From assembly GCF_009914755.1 (NCBI RefSeq), contig NC_060940.1: a DNA stretch of 64,000 bases. One strand, 5' to 3'. Positions 28,370 to 41,050 of this stretch are shown one piece after another. Below the pieces are notes generated by a model. It ran no database searches, was not told the DNA's origin, and saw only the letters and a list, made by a program, of their open reading frames with translations. The position numbers and the translations under genes are program-made. Each line of letters opens with the position of its first letter. Position 1 is the stretch's first letter. The stretch is from the human T2T-CHM13v2.0 reference genome, Homo sapiens.

Positions 28370-30040
28370 TAAATGTTTAAAGACCCTTAGCACCTGGGAC
28401 ATTGTGTGTTCTCTCATGGCACGTCCTATGCTACTTCCACCTTCAAAATGCTTCTGTGTCAGCTTTCTTCATCTCCCTCCTCCTCTACCTCCACACCTCT
28501 CCCATATTTGCGATGGCGAAACTCGTGTCCAGATTTTAAGCCCTTTTGTTCCCTTGTGGCTCGCTGCAGCTTCCTACTTCGGGCCATATGAGTTGACTTT
28601 GCCTCCCCTCTGATGCTCTTGGACCCAAGTTTCCCATTTCTTTATGGTTCTTCTTGCTTCTCTCTCTTGAAATTCCCTGAGATTTTCATGAAGGTCAGAG
28701 CAGGGCCTGACTGAGTCAGGGGCGTGATCAGCTGCATGCACCCCCCAACCCCTTGGCCCTTGGCCAGCCCTTCCCCATAGCTGGGCCCATGCAGAAATCT
28801 CCCTAACCTGAAAGGCCTCAGAGCCCAAAAACCGCAGAGAGAGGGGCCCAGCCTGGATGGGATTACCAGTGGAGGCTCCTTCCAGCTCTGAGAGCTGATT
28901 CCACACTGCCAGGGAGCTAGCACTGAGGTGCAAGCAGCCCTGGGTGGTTAAGGAGAACATCACCATCACAGAGGGTCCTGCTTGCTAACTTCCTATGACG
29001 CTGGCGGACACATCCACCTCCCGCCTCTCTGAGTGATCAGCAATTGCTCAGAGACACATCATTAGCAGACACATCCAAATCCCGGCTCTTTGAGCGATCA
29101 GCAATCATGACGGGTGGTCTTTGGCAAAAGAAAAGACAAAGATCAGGTCCCGGACATAACACCAAGAGACAGGAGGTAACTATCTCAGCTTCTTAATAGA
29201 AAGAGAATGGATGTCTGAGTGATGAAATAAACCACACACAAGAGAACAAGCGGGACTTCACTGAGAACCGAGGAAAGAGAACTCTTGGAGTTCTATACAA
29301 CTCAGAACTTCTCTGCCTGCACATTTTCAGAAGGCATTCCACAGCCCTCCTCACACACATCCCCTTTTACCTGTAAAGAACTGAAGGCTGATCACCTCAG
29401 AAAATGAAGATTCCACTACATCCTGGGGATCCACTAGGTAAAAGCAAGTAGCTTATTCTTTCTTAACTCATCAAACACCTACTGATGTATATCACTGATC
29501 TTCAGATTAAAGTTTTCAACAAGACGATTGCCTAAACATCCATCATGTTAATAATCCTCAGATTAATGGCCTCTAATAATACACAATTAACATGACAGGC
29601 AGGTTGCAAAACCCTTATTGTCACCGACCCTGCCAGGGACACATGAATTACCCCTGCTTCTACTACAAGGGTTTTCTCTACTGCCGACATCATTTTTTGT
29701 CCCCACCAAGATCATTTTTTAAAATGAGCAACAGCAATGTGTCAAAAAGCCTGACAGTTACCAATGGGCACACACAAACACAACACACACCTGCAGAATG
29801 CAAGAAAGCAACATTTTTCAAAAGTTCCCCATCCAGGTAAATACAGACAGAACTTTTCCTGCAGTTACTAGTACTCAAAGCAAAAAACCCCCAGAGTTCA
29901 GCTTGGAAACTGGAATTCACCACTTTCTCAAAGTCCACCTTGACCTGGGTCACTGGACACCACCCTCCAGCTGAAAAAAATAAACAATGAGACTAGAAAA
30001 TAATGACTGACTTCTATTGAAAAGCTTTAAAAAGTAGATC

Positions 30041-30524
30041 CACACTGTCAATCTAGTAGTTACTGGCCACCTGTGGCTCTTTAGTTTCTGGGTGGTTTTT
30101 TTTTTTTTTTTTTGGTTTTTTTTCTGGGACAGGGTCTCACTGTTTGCCCAGCCTGGAGTGCCATAGTATGATCACAGCTTAGTGCAGCTTCAAACTTCTG
30201 GGCTCAAGAGATCTTGCTGCCTCAGACTCCTGAGCAGCTGGGACTGCCAGAGTGCACCACCAGACCTGGCTAGATTTTTAGTAGAGATGGGATCTTGCTA
30301 TCTTTCCCAGGCTGGTCTCACACTCCTGGCCTCAAATCCCAAAGTGCTGGGATTACAGGTATGAGCCACTGTGCCCAGCCTGTGGCTATTTAAATTTAAA
30401 TTAAAGTTGAATATATTTAAACATTCAGTTCCTCAGTTGCAATAGCTAATGTGGCCAGTGACTACCACTCTGGGTAGTACAGAATATTTCCATCATTTTA
30501 GAAACTTCATTTGGAAAGCATTGT
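30041..30524 (-). mobile_element. MER3-like hAT relic split by an antisense AluJ (~30095-30380)
   Basis: tgtggctatttaaatttaaatt...cagttcctcagttgca...atttccatcat..agaaa; tgtggct(c/a)ttta duplicated around the Alu. Confidence 0.8.
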
Positions 30525-33500
30525 GTTAGAATACAGGCAAGGTGAGGGCAGGGGCTCTCCCTGTCTTATTCAACACTGTAATCCCAGAACCTACAACAGC
30601 GTTGGGCACATAACAAGTGATTAACAAATATTTATTGAACTGTGGAATGTGAGTGTCAAATATTATGAAGAACACCTCAGCCCTTTTGCTGTTAGCACTT
30701 GCTTGCAATTGCAATTGCCCTGCCTGAGAAACCACTTAGATGTGAACTTCTCCAACGTTCAACATAAACCTACACCCTGATAATTATGTGGGCACTTTGC
30801 CCAAAGTGGGTAAGAATATGACGAACACAGGAACACTGCAGAGCCATGAAGTTTCTCTGAAGGATGTAACCCAAATACCATAACTTTGAACCAACAAGTC
30901 ATATGGTGGATCAATAGCACCTGGGCTCCTAACCAGTCAAGAAGCCCACCGGCCACAGCACTACTGAGTTGCCTTTTAAGCCGGCTGAGCCCTGTGGCTC
31001 ATCGAGGAAATAAATGCTTGGATTTCTGATGCTGAGCTAAGTGGTCTGTGTGATTTCTCAGCTCTGCTTCTGCAGGCTATGTCTCAGAGAGCCGGGTTTT
31101 TGCTGTGACCCAAGTAAAATGAAAATTGAAGCTAAATTGGAAATTCAAACGCAACATGGAATAAATGAATACATTCAAATCAATGATACTCCTTCCAAGT
31201 AGTCACATGATTGCGACGCTAATACCAGTATTGGGTCTACTCTGGGGAAGCGGGTCTTTCTTCAGTTCGGCTGAAAAGTCACCCAAGATAGCGAGGCTTA
31301 TGGTCACAGTGCACAGGGCCCTCAAAAGGTCTTTTCTGAGGTCACGTCTTCCTCTCAAGTCTACTCACCTCTCCCCTTCCTTCACTCGCTCCCCTAACAA
31401 AATACCACCTTCTTGAGGCCAAGCCCAGTGCTCGGCCTTTCTCTCTTCAACAGACCCAGGACTGAGATCAAATGAGGCCGATGGGATGCCCCAAGCTCAC
31501 ATTAGCTTGTTGATGTGTTCAGCTCCCAGAGCTGAGCCCTCCCATACCATTTTCTCAGATGGTGTGGGCCCAGCACACAGGGACCAGATGGGGGGTCTGC
31601 CACCTCTGGGCGGCTTAGACCCCATTGCCAGCTCCCAGAGCCCAGCCAGCCCTCCTGTCTGCCCTTGGCTGTGCCTCCCACCTGCCAAGCAGGTGCCTGC
31701 AGCCTAAGGTCTGGGCTGATCCCATCCAGCAGCCACTCCTGACCCACAGAGGCAGAGCTTACTGACAGCTCCTGACAGCCCCCACCAGGAGAGGCAGGGA
31801 CAGGCAGAGGGGGACTGGGCAGGTAAAGAATGGGCTCATTGCTGAGCAGCAGGGGAGTGGGGGTGGAGGCCACCTCCACACAGCCTCCAACTCTCCAGCG
31901 AGGTGCAGCGAGCAGAACAGCTGCCATTAGCTGTGATGAGATGTGAGCAGTGCCAGGCCCACACACCATAGCAGGAAAACGCCCCACCGTACAGCTCTGG
32001 CTGGCATCTTGCCTTTTTCCTACTTGGAAAAGACATCTTCATAGACACCTTCATCAAAAAGCACATGCGACAGACACCTGGCAATTCACCCTTTGCTCTC
32101 CGCTCCTGGCCCCACCTCATCATGACTGCTCCAGCCTCACCCCCTGCCACATTCAGACACACTGCCTGGATAATCCTCCCCAGGCTCCACAGCCATCATT
32201 TCCCTCTCCTGCTCAAGAACCTGCAGTGGCTCCCTTTTTCCCAGTGCAAAGCTGCACTCTTCTGCCAGGTGGCCCTGGCCCTGCCTACCTAACACCCCTA
32301 CTTTTGGCCGCACCCAGCTTCCTCCTGGCCCAAGGGCTGCACTCACAGGGCCTCACTCATTCCTGAGGGTTAGGGCTAGGGTTAGGTTACGGATTCTGTA
32401 CCCTTATTCAAGTAGCTCTCGATGCCTTGCCTCTGTCCTCCAGGCCACAATTTTCCAAAAAGGAGTTTTCGTTGCACCCAAGTTATTCATAGCTATGTGA
32501 AATAAAAAGGTAGCTTTCAAAACATTCCTTCTCTTTGCTTAAGCTAACTTGATTTTCTGTCAACTTCCAACCAAAACAATCCTGGCTAATACATTATCTG
32601 AGGATGAAAAAGCAATTCTTTCACTTTTCTGGTATTTCTTACAGAGCCAGACAAACACGAGGTGCTCAATAAATGCTAATAGTTTGCTGTGCACATGTGT
32701 GTCCATCTCTTGATCATGTCCCGTGGGAAGAGAGGTGTCATCCCTATAGACCATGCCCTTCAGTGGCAGCAGGCACAGGTCCCTCACACTGTCCCCTGAT
32801 GGATAGAGTCCTGCCTCAACTACACCCCCCACGGCTCTGGACACCAGCCCTGGAGCATTCAGGTCCAGGTCTCAACACCATCCCAAATGCAGGAACCCAG
32901 ACATGTGGCTCTGGGTCCACAGATGCCACTCTTCATGTCCGGGAGCAAGGCTTGCTCTGTGGGGGTGACGCGGTGGGGCTGCATCTTCCCGGGAACCCCA
33001 TACCACCTCAGCCACCATGCCATTCTCAGGGCTGGACATACCCCCTCATTTGCTCATCGGCTGCATTCAGCTATAGCTTTCTGGTGGCACAGCACATGAA
33101 CAGAAGTGCAGCCTCGGAGTCAGATTGCACAGGTTCAAATCTCCCACCACCATCCACTAGCAGTGGGATCCTGGAACCCCACCTCCCCGGGCCAATGTTC
33201 CCCACCATGTAAAATGAGAATGATTGTAGTGCCTACATCATAACTGTTGGGAGATGAACAGGCTTAATAGCTTGAGTTATTAATATCACTGTCATGGTTA
33301 TTATTGACCCTGAGGCAGGCACTGTGCAAGGTGGTGGGTGTGGGGGGTGTGAGTGTAACAGAGACCAGTGAGACACTGTCACACCCAGCTTGCTTAGGAG
33401 GAGTCTGGGAGGCCTGGCCAAGGGACATACTTTGTGTGAAAACACAGTCGCCCAGAAATCCTAAAAAAAAAACAAAACCAAGTCCTTTGGGACCCCAGAG

Positions 33501-33939
33501 TGGGGAAGCAGAGCTCCAGGGGAAATGCCATGGACGTCTGGGCTGGCAGGAGTTGGAGGCCCAGCAGCTCAGCCCCGCCTGTGCCAGAGCTGTCTGTCCT
33601 GCCTCTGTCATGCCACAGAACAGCCTCAGTGACCCAGGGCCCAGGATGCAGGAGCCGCTCTAAGAGGGCAGGCAGAAGGGCAGAGAGGACCAGTGAGAGG
33701 GGCCAATGTTCTGGTGCCACTGAAGGGCTTGGTCTAGAGGGGTGATACCTCCCTTCCTACTGGACATGACCAAGAGGCAGACACACACATGCACAGCCTC
33801 TAGAATGCTGGCCTCAGCTGGGGAATCTAGCTCATAGTTCACTGCTCCAGAACCCATTTCAAGGTCCTGCATACTAAGGAATTTCCAGTAAGTACCTCCA
33901 GTCACAGCAAAGACTGTGGCCCTGAATCCCATCCACAAT

Positions 33940-34243
33940 GTTTTTGTTTTGTTTTGTTTTGTTTCGTTCTGTTTTTAAGACAGGCTAGAGTGCAGTGGAG
34001 CAATCACAGATCACTGCAGTCTCCATCTCTCAGGCTCAGGCGATCCTCACACCTCAGAGCCCTGAGCAGCTGGGACCACAGGCACAGGCCACCATGCCCC
34101 ACTCATTTTTTTTTTTCTTTTTTTGGTAGAGATGGGGCCTCACTATGTTACCCAGGCTGGCCTCAAACTTCTGGCCTCAAGCAATCCTTTCACCTCGGCC
34201 TCCCCATGTGCTTGGATTCCAGGCATGAGCCAATGCGCCTGGC
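33940..34243 (-). mobile_element. Alu (AluJ-like)
   Basis: (GTTTT)n tail; TSD ccacaatgtt. Confidence 0.92.
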
Positions 34244-35280
34244 CCACAATGTTAAACTCAGATTTTGGGGGAAAAAGCAAATCCAAAGCCGATTACTCTG
34301 CTTTCACCTCATGCTTTAATCACACCCTGAATGCACAAGGGCAGGACCTTAGTGACAATTTAGAATTCCAAAAGCCAGGGTTTAGTGAAGCCTGTTGAAT
34401 CCCACTTCCAAAACAGACTGTGTCTCCAATCCATGCCTCCACACCCTCAGGTGGGGACCTGCACCCAGCCCTATCCTGGCCTCCATGTGGATGGCTCCCT
34501 TCTCCTCATCCAGAGCTGAGAAAAGTAGGAATCCAAGACACCATGGAGAGGGCTGTGCATGTGCTGGTGGAAACAAGCTCCAGCATGAAAATGGGGGTCC
34601 CAGTGGCCCTCTGTCTAGTTGACAACAGAAAACACCTCCCCAACTTCCCATGGCTGAGCCCCTCCTGCCAAGAGCAGGATGTCCTCAGAACCCGGCTGAA
34701 GAACTCAGCTCCACAGGCACACTCCCTGCTCACCTGCCCCTCATGTCTGCCCCATCAGGGACTCCCGCTCTCTGCACCCAGAACCTATGCTTCCCTCCCC
34801 TAGAACAGGTAGGGAGGAAGGATGGACCACCATCTCTCTCACACTGCTTAGGCATTTCCCAGCACCTAACAACCTGGCACACAGTGGCACTCAGCCAATG
34901 ATTGCTCAATGGCAGGGGGCTTTCTAGAGACAAACAACATTTAGTCTCTGTCCACAGCCCTGTGGACCAGAGACAAACGTCTTCTCTAAAAAGGCAGACT
35001 AACAATCACTCAGACTAACAATCTCCCACTTCACCCACAATTAAGTGGAAATACACAAAACCAGGTAGTAAACACAATGCTATTTTGGTTAAGAAAGAAA
35101 AGTGAGGGAAAGAAGGGAATGACTATATTTGTGTGTGCTTGTGTGCGCTGAGAAACTTGCTGGAAGGACACACATTAAGGTGTTAGAGGGTCATCTCTGG
35201 AAGGCAGGATATGTTTTTCTTATTTTTGCTTGGCTGGATTTTCTGGTTTTCCTGCAATGAACATGTATAGCCTTTGTAAT

Positions 35281-35648
35281 TTATATGGTTTGGCTCTGTG
35301 TCCCCACCTAAATCTCACCTTGAATTTTAATAACACCCACCTGTCAAGGGCGGGACCAGGTGGAGATAATTGAATCATGGGGGCAGTTCCCCCCATGCTG
35401 TTCTCATGACAGTGATTTCTCACGAGATCTGATGGTTTTATAAGGGGCTTCCCCCTATGCTTGGCTCTCATTCTTCTCTTTCCTGCTGCCATGTGAAGAA
35501 GGACATGTTTGCTTCCCCTTCTATCATGACTGTAAGTTTCCTGAGGCCTCCCCAGCCCTGCGGAACTGCAAGTCAATTAAACCTCTTTCCTTATAAAGTA
35601 TCCAGTGTCAGGCAGTTCTCTACAGCAGCATGAGAGCGAAGTAATACA
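35281..35648 (+). mobile_element. THE1 (THE1C-like) MaLR solo LTR
   Basis: atatggtttggctctgtgtccccac...aattgaatcatggggg...ctcacgagatctgatggttttataagggg...caattaaacctctttcc...taataca. Confidence 0.88.
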
Positions 35649-38600
35649 CTACAATAAAAGCTTTTTAAAAATTTTAATCCACTGACTAGTGATGGAGACA
35701 ATGTTGGTAATGACTAGGCCTAGGTCTCTCTATCTATAACTGGAAATGGTTGGACCAGAGAGCTCCACAGCCCCTCTCAGCCCCTGCCTTGCAGATCTTC
35801 AGACCAGAGATTCCCAGTGGCAGTGACTCTTCACTCAACAGCTCTTGCTGGGCTGAGGCCTCAGCAGATCTGCTTTCTGGTCCCTGCTGGGTCTCTGCCT
35901 TCATGGGGGCAAATTGCTCCCTCTGGCCTTGACTCTATTCCATCACCTGTCAAGTGGAATGGACAGGCCAATTTTCAAGCCCGGGCTCTGCCACTGAGTG
36001 CCCCGGTGGCCTCATCAGTAAAATGGGGATATAATTGTGCTTGATGCATAGGATTGAGTGATCCTATGCATTTGTAGAGCTTGGAGTGAATGCACCTGCT
36101 GGGCTGGTCCCTATGGATGGCCCTGAAAAGATGTGAGTCATCATCCACTCTCGTACCTCACACAGTGTTCTGTCCCATGTGAGCTGGAATGTGCCTGCTG
36201 TGACACATGGCCAGAAGGCCAGAGGCCAGGAGGTGTGAGGAGCTGGGAGGCGAGTCAGGGACAGATGCCAGGGAGGCCTGGGACCCCCCATGAGGAGGCT
36301 GCCACGTGATGGCTCCCATAGCCAGTTCAGACACTCTCAACAACCACTTTGTCTGGCTGGGTGCAGGCTGGGCCCCAGCCCACCCTGGGGAGGAGGCAGC
36401 TCCACAGGCTCACCCGGCCAGATGCCGCCTGCCCAGATCTGCGTCCTCCATGAGATTGAAGATGACAGGCTCTGGGGGTGGGGAGGAGCCAGGTCAGCGG
36501 AAACTTGGCAACGAGAAAGGCAAGAGGAGCAGCTGAGCTCAGAGCACCCCGTGGCCCCCACCCTTCCAAGGGTGCAGCGAGAGGTTCTGTCTGCAACCCC
36601 TCAAGTCCCCTAGTGGAGTGGAAATGTTCTTCATCTGAGGCTGGGGTCTGTTACCCCTTCCCAGCCTACCAGCTTCCAAAGAGACAGCAGAAAGTGATCC
36701 AAAGATCCAATATTTGTATTTTGAATGCTAATTTGACATAGAGGAGTGGGCATGGGGAGTGTTTATAATCAGCACTCCAATAAGCCCACAAATGACGCCA
36801 GTATTTTATAAGCTTGTTAGAAACAAATCACCCCCTCAGCTGATATTTACTTACTGATGAATCATAAAAGGGCTCAACACACAAAGAAAATCCAAAAAGA
36901 ATGTCTTTCTTCATCCCATGTTCGGCAACAATGCTGGGAGCCTGGCCTGGGTAAGCCCAAGCAGCGGGCCTTCTCCAGCACCAGTCCTCAGCCCCCCAAT
37001 CCCCACAGCCTCCCCAGGGGTGGCAAATCATCGGTGCCAGCCCCATCTCCGTGCCCACTCCCCACCACAGCCCCCACCCATCGACTGGCCTAATCTGAGG
37101 CTCAATTCAGCGCTCCAGAGGCAGCTCCGTCCTTCTGCTGCCCCCGGAGTCCTCTGCGGGAGCGGATCCAATCCAGCTAATTTGCATAATGATGAAGCCC
37201 TCCAGTGCGGGCTGGGTCTTAAGAGGGTTGGGAAGAAATATGCCCTGTCCTTTGGAGAGGCACACAGAAGGCTCAGTGCAGCCCGGGAGGAATGGGGCGC
37301 CTGGCGGGTGGGCGGGGGCAGCGTGGAACCCATCAGCTTCCCCGCCAAGGACAGCTCAGCCCTGTCGCCCGCTGAGCCTATGTCCAGCTGGCCCAACTGA
37401 GGAAGGACTGCCCAGGGCTGTAAACCAGTGGGAACTCAGGCACAGAGCGCCAGCTCCAGACGCAAGCCGGAGTCATATGACCCCGGTCACAGCGACCGCC
37501 ACTCACGGGCTGGCTGACCTTGGGCAAGTCGCTGACCTCTCTGAATCTCAGTCTGCTGATCTGTAAAAACAGAGGGAGATCTACCCTACAGGGCTCTGTG
37601 AGGACCAGCAGAGGTGCCTATAAAGCACTGAGTAGAGTGGGCTGATAGAATGCAACAACTGTCAGCTGTTAAATTAACACCGTCATTAGTCTAATCCCTG
37701 TGGTACTGGGTCCATCCATGCACACATCCACCTGTCCATCTACCCATCCATCCATCCACCTATCTGTTTATTCAACAAATGCCAGGTATTGTGCTAAGCA
37801 GTCTGGAGAAGAGAGAATGAATTAGACACACCTGCCTTTAAATCACCTCTAGCAACAAAACGACAGTATGGTCCAGAGGTGAGGCCAGTGCTTGCCTTTG
37901 AGGGAGGCAATAGCAGGAAGGAGTGCAGGGAGCTACCAGAGGCCACTGGGTTCGACTTCTCGATCTGGATGTGTTCTATTTCTGCAAACTCATCAAGCTG
38001 TGCACTTAAGAGGTGTGCATCTCTCTGAACGTACGCTATACTTCAACAAAGTTTTAAAAAACCCTCACGTCTAATTAGGGAGGGAGATCAGCTGGGTATG
38101 CACATAAGCATTACACCAGGCAGGAAGGGGTCAGCTCCTTAAGAAGGGTGAATAAAATATTTGGGATGGGGGTCGAGGTAACACCAAGGGGGAAGAAACT
38201 TCCTCCGTGACAGGTGAGGATCACCTTAGCACATGTCTGGTGCATAGGTACCTACTGAATGGATGAGTGAATGAATAACTTCCTGAATGAGGTGGCCTTG
38301 GATGAACAGGCTGAGATGTGGAGGCAGAGAGGGCGTTCCAGGGGAGGGTGCTTGCAGGGGCTGAAGGCTTGGGAGGGTTTTGCTCACTGAGCCAGGTGCT
38401 GGCATGCAGCAGTGACCTGGGAGCCAGGGCTTTTGCCCTTGCTGGGCTCACAGTCTACAGGCATCAGACATCAAGACGTAACTCCAGGGGATCGCATCCT
38501 TCTTCTATTCTGCAGAAACTGAGCGCCCAAGCGCAGGGTGCAGCATTGGGTGCTGGTGATGTGCAGCAGAACAGGACAACAGGACCTCTGACCTCACAGT

Positions 38601-40761
38601 GTGACCAGAGGATCAGAGCTGAAGCGAAGCCAGCTTTACACAGTCACTTGCTCATCACAGTGGCACTATGGGGCCGGTGCCGTTATTATTCCCACTCCAC
38701 ACATGGAGAAAGTGACACTGGGTGAGGTAAAGTGATTGTCCCACGTGGCTGATCCAGGACCGAAATGCAACTCTTAACCTCTGCCAACAATGGCCCTTCC
38801 CCTTGGCCTCTACGGAACACTTTATCCCCAGGTCTGTTTCTCAGCCATGTGAGTAAGCTGGATGGAGGTGGCATTTTTCGTCCCATTCTGCAAGTTGGAA
38901 CACTTCTTCTAAGTATCAAGTTGAAAAGATAGTAAGTGACAGAGGAAGTGAATCTCAGGGCCCTGACTCCTTGTCCAGTGCTCCTTCCCCTGCCCATTGC
39001 TGTTGGACAGGATAATGGGGACTGTCATGAAGAGGAGGCGCCGGGCAGGCTTGACAAGGGCAGCCCCATCACATCTCAACATGTGCAAGACTGGGCCTTG
39101 GCTGCCACATGACCATGCCACCCCATCAACCCTGCTCAGAGCCTGTGAGCTACACAGGTGTCATGCCCAGCCCTGCCAGCCAGGGTGACCCCCCACTCTA
39201 ACTGTTCAGCACCGAGCCTCCGACAGAAAAGCAACCCCAGACTGCAGTGGTAGCTCATGCTGAAACAATTCTCCCAAGCTGCTTTAAATGGAGATTTTGC
39301 AGTTTGGGGTACAAAATTATTGTCCACGTCACATGGGGAGTGGGCAGAATGTATTTGCCTGTGCTGAGCCACAGTTCTGTCTCCCAAGCAAAGCTGAACA
39401 GACACTAGCCAAGACTGGGCTCGCTGAGTTAATAAAGATTAGCTCTCCTGGACTATCTTGGAGGCATTCAAGTGCTAACTACCTGCCAGGCATTCAGCTA
39501 AACACTTTACATCTGGGATGGGCTCATAAAATCTCTACGAGGAGGTCATGATCTTGTCCTCACTTTACAGTAAGTGACAGCGCCCAGGCCTTTCAACCAC
39601 AGAGCTGTGCTCTTAACCCCAGGGCTGTGCTAACTTCCTTACCATTATTCATAATCGCCATTGGTAGCATAAGGATAGAGGCAATTAAATTCAACACTTA
39701 ATTTCTGTTATGTGCAAAGCATAGAGCCAGGTGTTGGGAACATAAGCAGAATGAGAACTGACCTCTGTCTGCAAGAAGTTTCAGATTTTTATACCCACAA
39801 ATGCAAGACATCTTTTCACTAAGGTTTTTTTTAATGATCAAGCACATTGCCCAGCATCTTGCACAATAAATGTCTTCTGACTACACAAACAAACAAAAGT
39901 TAACATTTTTTAAGGAGAACACATTTTCCTTCCCTACTGGCTGTTCTCAATTCCATTTCAACACCCCTCCATCCACTTAAACTGTGACTTTCTTCACTTC
40001 CAAACAGTACAAACGCTTTCATTAAGAAACTACTCGGTGGGGTGTCCTTGGGTAAGTTGGTGCCTTTTCTGAGCTCAGAGACCTCATTTGTGAAAGGAGG
40101 AGGTAGGATTTGATAACTCACAAGGTCACTCGGGGATAGAGTACTAGGATGTTAATGGCCAGTCCCCATCCTAACTGTAGAGGACTTTATCAGATAGTTG
40201 GCGGCTATAAAGGGATGAGCATGTGAGACTTCCATTACAAAGTTCAAGATTTAAACTCGAGGGCAAGACATCAGAAGGAGGCACTCATAGTGAGCGCGCA
40301 CAGCAGCTGAAGCTATCCGTGGAAGCTCGAGATGTCATCAGGGGGCACAGAATTAAACGCCAAGGCTGAACCTTAATGCTTTTCGAATATTCCCTGCACT
40401 TCTTATCAGTCCCTATTGTCCTGTGCTCCTCAGCCCCACCCTGATCTGCTTGACCTCAAAGGTCATTGAGTTTGTGACCCCTGTGAAAGAGAATTCATTC
40501 TTCAAAGGCAAAGCAAGAGAGAAGAAAGAGCATAACATTTGTTAACTGGGGGACGTCAATGCCTGGTGCCTGGAAGCTGTGTGATCTTAGGATAGTCACC
40601 TAACTCCTCTGAGCCTCAGTTTTCTCACTGTCCAGAATGGACAAAAGTTTTATCTACTTGATACTCTTTCCAGAAAAAAAAAAAAAAACAATCAGCCAGC
40701 TTTCCCACACTTCCAATACCCTGCAGAAAGTTGTAAACTTTAGAGAAATCAACAAAGACCT

Positions 40762-41050
40762 GTGTATTAAGATAGGGAAAGCTATGTTGTAGTAACAACT
40801 CCCAAAATCTCAAGGGGTGCAATGGTTTATTTCTCATTTGCCCTTCACATCCATTGCAGGGGTTTCTGCTTGTGAAAAACACTCAGATGCTGAGAGTGCC
40901 CCAGGGAAAGAGAGAATGCTGAAAGGTCCCACTCTGTTGGTTAAAGGCTCCACTCACGGCTCTCTGGCCAGAATTAGCCACAAGGCTTCACCCAACACAA
41001 AGGGGCCACGATGCGTGATCCTCCCACATACCAAAAGACGACACTAAGGA
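40762..41050 (-). mobile_element. MLT1-type LTR fragment
   Basis: gctatgttgtagtaacaactcccaaaatctca...ggtttatttctcat. Confidence 0.55.
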
